From the sequence record NC_027381.1: 64,000 nucleotides of DNA; one strand, 5' to 3'. Under the pieces are notes generated by a model, which ran no database searches, was not told the origin of the DNA, and worked only from the letters and a program-made list of their open reading frames with translations. The position numbers were made by a program, and so were the translations under genes. This DNA is from Escherichia phage Pollock. Positions 26,645-36,400 of the stretch are shown here, piece after piece (position 1 is the first letter of the stretch; every line of letters starts with the position of its first letter).

Positions 26645-27068
26645 TATGCAAATTACTCTGAACCAAGATGAAATTCTTGAAGCTCTGAAGAACTATGCTT
26701 TCTCTGTTATCAACGTAGCTCCGGGTAATGATATTACTATCGACCTGAAAGCTGGTCGTGGTGAGAACGGATATTCTGCTACTTTAGAAATTACTCCTCA
26801 ACGTAAAGAAGTAAAAACTTCCAACGTACATACAGGTTCTACTGAAAATACTGTAGGACTTCGTACAGAAGTTGTAGAACGTACTGTTGAATCTGATAAA
26901 AGAGTTATGCATGAAGTAACTCCAGAACTTCCAGTAGAAGGAGTAGACATTATAGATACTGAAGCTAAAGACCCTGCTGCAGACATGACTGAAGAAGAAG
27001 TTGATGCAGAAGTAGATGCATTTATGGCTACCCAGAATCCAACTAAATCACTCTTCGCTCGTAATTAA
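26637..27068 (+). CDS. hypothetical acidic protein with C-terminal PTKSLFA tail
   Basis: 143 aa; biased codon usage; ends NPTKSLFARN, matching the C-terminus of ORF 25243..25983. Confidence 0.4.
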   Translation: MNNMQITLNQDEILEALKNYAFSVINVAPGNDITIDLKAGRGENGYSATLEITPQRKEVKTSNVHTGSTENTVGLRTEVVERTVESDKRVMHEVTPELPVEGVDIIDTEAKDPAADMTEEEVDAEVDAFMATQNPTKSLFARN

Positions 27069-27081
27069 TTAAGGAGCTAAA

Positions 27082-27231
27082 ATGAAAGCACTTAAAGCTG
27101 CTTTCATTACTGCTCTCATAGTAGGGGTCTTTTTTACATGGCCCCTAGTATTAACAGTAGCTGTGATAGCAGGATTATTTTGGTTTATCTATATGGCTCT
27201 GATTCAAACAGAAGAGGAAGAAGATAATTGA
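27082..27231 (+). CDS. small membrane protein (49 aa)
   Basis: AAGGAG RBS then ATG; single hydrophobic helix; acidic C-terminus EEEEDN; not in ORF track (<60 aa). Confidence 0.3.
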   Translation: MKALKAAFITALIVGVFFTWPLVLTVAVIAGLFWFIYMALIQTEEEEDN

Positions 27232-27458
27232 TTGTTTGGATTGTAATTGGATTAATTGTAGTCATTTGTCGTCTATCAATTTTTAGACAAAATGACCCAA
27301 AAGTAAAGAAAACTATGAGGAATGTTAAAATAGCCTTTGAAGATGAAAGACTTTATTGGGCTATCATTACTCCTTCTTTAATATTTTGGAGCATTATACT
27401 AGCTATATTTTGGCCTGTTGTAGTGTATACAAGATTTTTCTACAAACAGAAAAAATAA
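27228..27458 (+). CDS. small membrane protein
   Basis: 76 aa; two hydrophobic segments. Confidence 0.3.
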   Translation: MIVWIVIGLIVVICRLSIFRQNDPKVKKTMRNVKIAFEDERLYWAIITPSLIFWSIILAIFWPVVVYTRFFYKQKK

Positions 27459-27463
27459 ATAAT

Positions 27464-27483
27464 AAGCCTCTTCCATGAGGCTT
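27464..27483. terminator. bidirectional terminator between convergent plus and minus blocks
   Basis: aagcctc-ttccat-gaggctt hairpin with T-rich tracts on both strands; sits between + gene ending 27458 and - gene ending 27490. Confidence 0.6.
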
Positions 27484-27489
27484 TTTCTT

Positions 27490-30400
27490 TTAGTACAGAC
27501 TTACTAAAGGATGGATAGTAAATCCATTTAGTGCTGTACCCATTCCAACGTTATAACTTAAGCTACCTGTTGCTAAGTTTGCTTCCATGATATTAGGTAA
27601 TCCAGATTCAGCAGTATTACCAAACATAAGGAATAATGCTCTTAATGGGTTTTCCCTAATCGTTCTTAAGATAATTTTCTGAATACGAATCTTATAGTTT
27701 AAGAACCATGTTAAACCAATAGCATCCAAATAGAATCTGGTGCGACTAGGTAATATGTCATAGTTCACAAACTCATCCATTACTCTATTCAATGCACTAT
27801 CTTTATCCATTGGATTACGAGAACGAGTAGTTAAATGCTTATATAGAGAGTATTTAGCAACGAAGTCACCATACTGAATTGAACGATTCAATAAGAAGTA
27901 CACATTACTATCTCTAGATAAAGTGATTTCTTTAGCAACACGTTTAACACTATCTGGAATACCAGAAGTGTACTCATCCATTTTAGTAAGTAGTTTATCC
28001 TTCAAAGAGTAATCATCCTGCTGACCTAAATCTTCTGCGATAGTTGGTAACAAACCAGCTTTAATTAAATCAGCTACTGGGTTACGAGCTTGAGAATCTT
28101 TAAGTTCAGATATTTTTCTCTGATACTCTTCAGCCATTCTTGGATTATGGTTTACAGCCAGATAATGAGAATACTCGTTAATTAATTTCTCATTTCTTCT
28201 GTACTCCTCAGCAGCCAGTACAGCAGTAGACATATCTTTAGCCATAGTAATTGGGCTAATACCTACCGTAGCCAAATGTACCATGTTAGATAAGATATTC
28301 CCTGCGGATACAACTACTGAACGAACTACAATCCAGTCCTTCATTTCCTTCACAAATTCCATCAAACCACGTTCACCAAGTCTTAGATAGCGTGCAGCAT
28401 TCTTACCTAAGAATGTTTCTGCAATGTTTACAAATGCTTTCTGAAACTCTTTAGAGAAATTGGTTTGACCAGTCCATAGATTCAGTACAGAAGGTTCACG
28501 ATAACCAAATGCATTATTCAGTAAATCCTTACGTACTTTAATTTTCCCATTAGGCCAAATACGTTTGGCTGCTTCTTTCATCTCAATAGGCATCAGTTCA
28601 TAGATTTCTTTTAACTGATGGTCTGTAGAGTTTTCATCTATAGTGATGTATTGATATGCTTTTCCTTCTCTAGCATCCTTCTTATAGATTTCACCAAGTC
28701 TTTCTAAAAGCATCTCATTGTATTTGGCAGCCTGAATCTCTTCAGCAATACGACCTTCCCAAGCAGCTAATACTTTAGTGAAGTCATTATCTACATTTAA
28801 TTGAGCTTCTCTATTAGCTCTTGGCATTTGGTACGAGTATCCCATTATTGAACCAGCGCGGTTTAAAACAGGCTGCATCTGTCCATCATAGTTCTGAGGC
28901 ATTGGTTTAGAAGCATCAAATAAATCATTGATAGCAGCTTGTTTATTAGCTGATACCTTGTTCTTTTCTGATGTCTTCCATGCACCCGGGGTCATAGAAC
29001 CATTAACACTTCTGCCTGTAATTGGGTTTACTCCACCTACGGTGCTTTGCAGGGTACTCATTACACCAGCAATCCAACGAGGTTCACCACCATTGTTAGA
29101 ATGGTAGTAGTACATTGGAGTTTTATCTGTATCTGCTGGGTCACGTTTAACTTGAGCACCTCTGGTATAGCCTCTACGAGATAAGCTTGGTTCATCCTTA
29201 ATGGATGCAATAATTACTTTTTTGTTTGGGTCAGTGATAGTAGGAGTAAATCCTTTAACTGCTGCCAAAGAATAGTTATTACCAGATTTAGCTAACTCAG
29301 CGCCTTTAAGGCTTTCATAGTATTTGAGAGTAAAAGTCATACCATTATTATCTGGTTCACCTTTAGTCATCTCTCTACTGATTACATTACTTACTGTTTC
29401 TTTATCTGCTTGAGATAATTCAGTAAGAGCACTCAATGAAGCCAAGGTATCAATTAACTGAGTAGCTATTTCAACAGCATCATTTGATGGTCTTTCTCTA
29501 CCAGTACCAATCAAACGTGCAATAGCAGCAGCATTTGATAATTGGTATGCCAGTGGAGATACTCCATGCACCATCTGTTTAGCTAAACCATGAGCAGATT
29601 TAATATAGAATGCAGAGTTTTGAGCACCTGCTTTTTGTAACTGAGATTCTATTAAATCTATCTCTTTAGCTAACTCATTTGGATTAGTTAATAATTCATT
29701 TAAACGAACCAAGTCATACCCATTAGCAAACAGGTATGCCATATCTGTATTGGCAACTACTCTCTGAATAGCCTCTTTCTCATTTTGGTTTAAAGAAACA
29801 AACGTTTTTTCAATCATACCCGGAACCATCTCACGAATAATCTGACGTGCTCTATCAGCAGCCATATTTTTCTGAGTTAATAAGGTATGAATACTACTGT
29901 TGGTTTCATTAGAACCAATAAATTCATTAATGAGTTCAGCGATAGTACCTAGTTTTCCATCCTGATGAATGGTCATATAAATGTGAGTTATAGCCTCACG
30001 TACATCATGAGCATCTTGTTCATTAAATACTGCTGCTCCAACAGTAATACCAAATGCTACAGACTTAGGTACTTTCTTCTCTACTTTGCTTAACTGCTTA
30101 CGAATAGAGTTACCAAAAGCTCTCAACCTATCTTGAGTAGCTTCAGTGATTTCTTCTGTACCTCTACCAATTCTGGTAAAGAGATTATCTCTTGCCTGAC
30201 TATCTACATGACTAATGTTCTTAGCCAGTTTAGATAAACGAGAAGCAATATTTGTATCTCTTAAAGATTTAGTAGCTAAGCCAGATAACCAAGTAAGAAT
30301 CATATTAGTTAAATCACCAATACGTTCTCTAAGAGATGTAGCCTGATTCTGTCTGGTACGTTTAACACTAATTTGAGACAGCTTATTTCTTAATTGTTCA

Positions 30401-33400
30401 TTGGTTTCAGCCAATGCAATAAAGTTAGCAAGTCTGTTAGTACGACCAGTAGCATCAGTAGTAATAGCTGTATTGCCAAATACTGCATCATATCTTTGTT
30501 TAGCTAATGCCATTTCATTAGCAGAACGATTGTTAGGGTCAGTTAAGAAATCTTCTACTTTTAAGTTTTCTCTGGCTTGCGAGTACAAACTACGTGCAAC
30601 CAGAACACTTGGAGAAAAGTTCTCTAACCCATATTTCATAGATACTTGCAGCATCTTGAATACAAATGCTTCTTTCTCACTCATGTTAAAACCATGAGCA
30701 ATTAATGCATTTGGTGAGTCATCAATTTCTGGGTCAATGCTATCTACCAAAAGTTTATCTTGGTAATGCTCTAAACCAGATATTTGCTGACCAGTATTTT
30801 TAATTACTTTAATGATATTGGATTGTAAGTAATCCAGAGTATCTGTTAGATGATTTACATGTTCCTGAGATGCTTTACCTGCATCCAATTTATTAAATAA
30901 TGTTTCTGCATCTAATCTATTAATGTTGTTAGCATTTTGCTGAGCATAGCTTGTTGTATCTCTGGATTTAACAGGATTGGTAGCATCAGCCAAAGCAACG
31001 GTATGGCCTAACAAACGAGTCCAGTAAGAAGTAATGTCTGGATTAGAGCCAATAGCAAACAGACGTTTAATAGATTCAGCTAATTGCTTAAGTACCTTTG
31101 TTACAGTTCCTGTAATAGTTTTTTTAGTCATTGCATCAATCATCCTTGGGTTAACAAGACCCCATGCAATGAATTCAGCAGTAGCCTGAGCCATATCACC
31201 AGAAGCAATATGATTATTAATCAAGTCTACAACACTATCTGTTTCAGGATTCGTACTAGAATACTCATTAACAAATTTAGTCATGAGTGCTTCTATTGAA
31301 GCAATCTCTACTTTTTGAGCAGGAGTTAATGCTTCTGGATTACTGTAATAATTGTGAACAGCATTAGCAGTAGCAGCATGAATTAACTCATGCATTACAG
31401 TCTCAATAGACTGAGAACCAATATAGATATTCTGTCCCTGTGTAAGCCCTAAGAATGAGTTATTAAACTCAACCTTAGTATCAGGTGTCATTTCCTGTTG
31501 AACGGCTGAGAGAGCTTCTGGAGAGCCTACATACACATTAATATCTTCAGGAATAGAGTTAGCAATCTTATCTAATACGAAGCTAGTAATTCTATTTTGA
31601 CGAGAAGGTAAAGATTTAGCTGCTTCTTTAATAGCAGCAATCACATCACCTTTAGACAGTACTTTAATTCCATCATGTCCTGATACATTTCTTCCATTTT
31701 TAGCCAATGCTTCAATCATTTGACGAGTAGGAGGAATAGTTACTCTACCTTTAGGGAGAGATACTGATTCCATAGTAGGAAGTTCTGTATTAGCAATTAA
31801 CTGTTCTAAAGGAGTTCTGGTATCAATTGCTTCTTTATCAGTCTGCTTACCATTCTGAACATTGAATGGAATATTAGCCCCGGTCATTTGGTTAATAGAA
31901 GTAACTGCTTCTCCTCCTAATAAACCTTGTTTAATAGCAGTTTGAGTAGCAGCTTCTTTTTTAAGAAGTGTAGTAAATGCTTCTAACACTTCTGGGCTAG
32001 TAGGTGAATTGGTTTCATCTGCTCCAATCATTTCCATAATTCCACGGAAAGATTGTTCCAAACGTGTATCTGCATCTGGACCTAATTCTTCAGTTAGATT
32101 TACTCCTTCCATCGCTTGCTCAAAACGATTAGTAAAATCTTGAAGTAAATCAAATTCATTCCAACTTTGCAGAACACCTTGGTTAATAGCTTGAGAACCA
32201 GTATCTAAATGAGCTACAGCATTAATATAACCATCAAATACGTTAAGGGCATTGTTAGGGTTAATATCACGAGCAATAGCCTGCATAGCTGCTTCTACAG
32301 ATTGAACCAATAAAGGCATTACACGAGTACCTGGTTCAGTATAAGTAGGAGTATCTACACCAAAAGTAGCACGACGCATTTTACCATCCAGATTTCTACG
32401 TCCTCTGGATTCCATACGATAAATATCAAATGTGACTCTACCTTCTTCACTCAGAAGAATACCTTCATTTAATTTAGCTGCATCAGTATTACCAGCAGTA
32501 AACCAAGAGTTAAAGATAGGCATCTGAGTAATCAGTTCTCTCTTAATCTCGTTATATTGCTGCTGAGAAAGAGATTCATACTTAGATAATTTACCTGCTT
32601 CTCTAAGTTCTTTTTCTTTAGCTTCTACTACTTTATTCCAACGAGACATGAATACTTCATGCATTACAGCAGCAGCATAAACCATCATCTTGCCGCGATT
32701 GATTACAGTACCAAATTCATTAGCAATTGATTCATTTACTGCTGCACCAATACCAATTTTGATGTTTTGGGTAATTGCTTCAATCTGCTCGCTAGTAAAC
32801 TCAAATTTAGTTACATCTTTTCCTAAATTGATAGGAGCACCAATTTTTACCCAAGAACCATTACGAAATACTTGAGCAGTAGTTAATTCATTAGTTGTAT
32901 TGGTCAAATCATTAATATGAGCAATTGCAGCATCTCTATCTTCCTGATTAGTAGCTGAATCTACTGCTCTTAATGCTTCTGTGATTGCTTCGTAATAACC
33001 ATTAGCAATACCCATAGCAATCTTTCTATTGATTGCATTAGCACCACCAGAATAAACAGTAACTGTTACTGGATTTTTAAGTAATCCTCGACCTATTTGG
33101 ATTGGATGTTCTACATCCTCTCCTTCAACAATATTTACATCACCAATTAGTTTTGATGCAGCAAGAGTTACCCTTACCTGATTTTTCAAGCGTTCAATAT
33201 CTCTCATCTCTTTTTGTTGGAATTGTCGAGATTTATTTTTAAGGGCAGCTAACCTGTTAGGGATATTACTGTAAGCATCCATCATGTTGTTGATGTATTG
33301 CTGTGAGCCAGCAGCAGCAGTTTTATACAGGTCTAAGAATCCCGGTTCTTCAGCAGCATCATTGTATAGACGGTCTGATTGCCCATAGAACAAACCACCT

Positions 33401-36400
33401 TTCTCTAACTTATTCAGTAAATCTTGGTTCACGTCTTTTAAACCAAGCTGAACAATAGAGTTAAATGGTCCATTAGTTACACCATCAAGCTCCAGCATCA
33501 CATGAGTCTGGAATGAGGATTTACCTTGTTCTACTGCTAATTCATATTGAGCTTGTGCATATAAAGCATGGAGTGTTTTAGTTTTCTCCTTACCTGCTTT
33601 TACAGCTTCTAAAAGAACCTCTGCATCAGCATCACTAATTGAATCTTGGTTTTCAGCAGCTTTTAGAATATTGATAGCATCTCTAAATAAACCAGTACTG
33701 ATAGCTTTATTTAGCTTATCTCTGGCAGTCTCAGAAGAGAGTTTATCAACAGCAATATCCAATCCTTGAGCAATAGCATAATCAAGAAATGCACCATGTT
33801 GAGGATTGTTGAGTTCAATAGTAGAAGGTTCAACAGTAATTAATTCACGATGTAATTTAGCTGACTGAGGGTTTAAATCCCCTGAGTTAAGCATCATACG
33901 GAAGTTACTAATTACGTTATATGCAAAATAAATAGGTGTATTAGCCAGAGGTAATCCAGCTTCTGACATACGAGTTAAACCGTTAATCAGAGTATTAATA
34001 TCTCTTTCAATAGTACGGTTAGAACCTTGAATGGATTTCAGATGAGCACCATTAGCATTCTCTTCTGATTGAATGCCTAACATTCTACCAATCCATTCTG
34101 TACCTAATTTATCCAGCATAAGGTCATGAAGACCCATGTTGATATAATGAGGTTGTTTACTGGCTTTGTTACGTGCAGCAAGCATCTTTTCAGGAATATC
34201 CTGACCACCACCATTTTTAACTTTAGTGCTCTGACCTTTTGGTGGAGTACCAAAGTATGCTCCTGCTTTTTCTCTCTGAGGATTAGTTAATTGACCTAAG
34301 AGGTCATTGGAATCCTTCATTAAGTCTACTAAACGTTTAGCAGCTTCAGATTCTTCATTCATACGAATGAATATACGAGAGTTTTTAATGTTGGATTCAT
34401 TTACTTTAGTAGAACCAACAGCAGCTAATTCACTGTTTTTAACAACAGATTCTTGAACCAGATTAGCATTAATCATTACGTTCAATACTTCAGTTGCTAG
34501 TGCTTTAGATACAGCATCACGAACAGAGATAGGAGTATTAGGGTCAGCATTAATACCTAAGATTCCAAAAATCTCTCTGCTTAAATAATCAATAACATTT
34601 TGCCGGTCTGTACCTACATTACGTAATAAATCTGTTTGCTCTACAGTAGGTTTAGTTTTGTTATCTAAACCAAGAATATCCATTACTGTACGGTCATCAT
34701 TGAATGTAGTTTCAACTGCATTACGTACAAACCACTGCATCATACCAGCAGTCATTGCTTCAATTACTGGCTGAGGTAAGAAGTAAACATTTTCACCATT
34801 GATATTTCTTACTTCACTAAAATATTCGACAGGGTATGTTTCCCAGAAGATACGTTGACCTTCAGGAGTTAATTTACCCCAAGATTGAATTAACGATTGT
34901 TCAATAGCAGGGACTAAACCAGCAAATTGACGTAGTACTTTTACTTCTTTCTCTGTTACTTGTTCTGGTTTAATAAATCCTTTAAACAGATTTTGAATCT
35001 GAGTAATAGGATTAGAACCATTGGTAAAAATGTTATTAAGTCTTCCAGAGAAATTAGAAGTTCTCAGGAATGCAGAACGTTTACCTGTAGGTTTAAACCA
35101 TTTTTTAACTTGGTTAGTAGCCTGATAGTTCTTATCTGCTTCTGAAGTAGATTTAGCATCAGAACGTACAGTTTCTGATTGCAGACTACTCAGAATATCG
35201 AAATTAACACCTTTATCTAAACCAAGTTCTAATTGAGACTCATCCATTAAATCAGTCTCAACTTCAGTTGGTTTTTCCTGAATCTGAATTTCAGATTCAA
35301 CTACATCTGGTTTCTCAAATAGTTCTCCTTGAACTGGAGTACTAGTAGGAGCTTCTGTAACAGCTTCTGGCTGTGTTTCTACAGTCTCAGAAGGTGTTTG
35401 TACCTGTTCTTCAGAAACCTGTGCAGAAGCCTCTATAGGAGCTTCTGATTCTTGAGTTGAGACTAATTCCTCTGTAGCAACTGGAGCAGATTGTGCTGGC
35501 ACAGATACAGGTTTACCATCTACTAATTGACTAGTAATGGTATGTGCTTGACGAACAGCATTAGCATCATTACGAATTTCTTTGATTAATCCTTTAGAAC
35601 GTACCGGATGATACGTCATAGGATTTCCATCTAAAGATAAATATGGTTGTCCTGTAGTTGGATTAATTACTTCTACAGGTTGATTACCAGTAAAGTTTTG
35701 AGCAGCCTGTTCAAATGCATTAGCTTTAGTTTCCATGTGCTCTGCAAAACGGTTTAAATGGTCTAATAAACCTTGAGCACGAGCAGTATCCCCTAAAGAT
35801 AATGCACGGAAGATACCTTGCTGATACTGTTGAATACCAATAAATCCATCAGAACCTTTACGTACATCTTCTCCTACTTGGCTCATTGCTTTACCAGTAG
35901 CAGAGATAATTTTTAATTTATCTACATCCTGCTGGTTCAAACCAATGGTTTCTGCTGAATTAACTAAACGGTCAGCAACTTCTGGAGTAATAGAAGATGC
36001 ATCTAAATTCATTTGAGCCAGAACAGATTTAATGTTCTTTTGTACTTCAGGAGATTTATAAGTTTCTGGAGTAATTTCAGAAGGTAAAGACTCCATAATC
36101 TTATTCATTTCTTCTGGAGTCAGTCTGAAGCTTTCAGCAGTAGTTTTAACTGCTTGTACATCAGGATGGTTCAGCACAGCATTGATATTATCAATAGCTG
36201 TTTGATACTGAGCTTTCTCTTCTTCTGGTGCAACTTCCATCTGTGCTTGAATTTGAGGTAAAGCTTCCTCATAAGCAGAGATAACATTATTACCTACAAC
36301 AGCTAAATCTCTACGAGAAGCTTCATCCAAATTACGTTCTTTAATTGCACGGGAAATTCTCAAAATAGAATCTGGAGAACTAATTTCCTCTTCAGGAATA

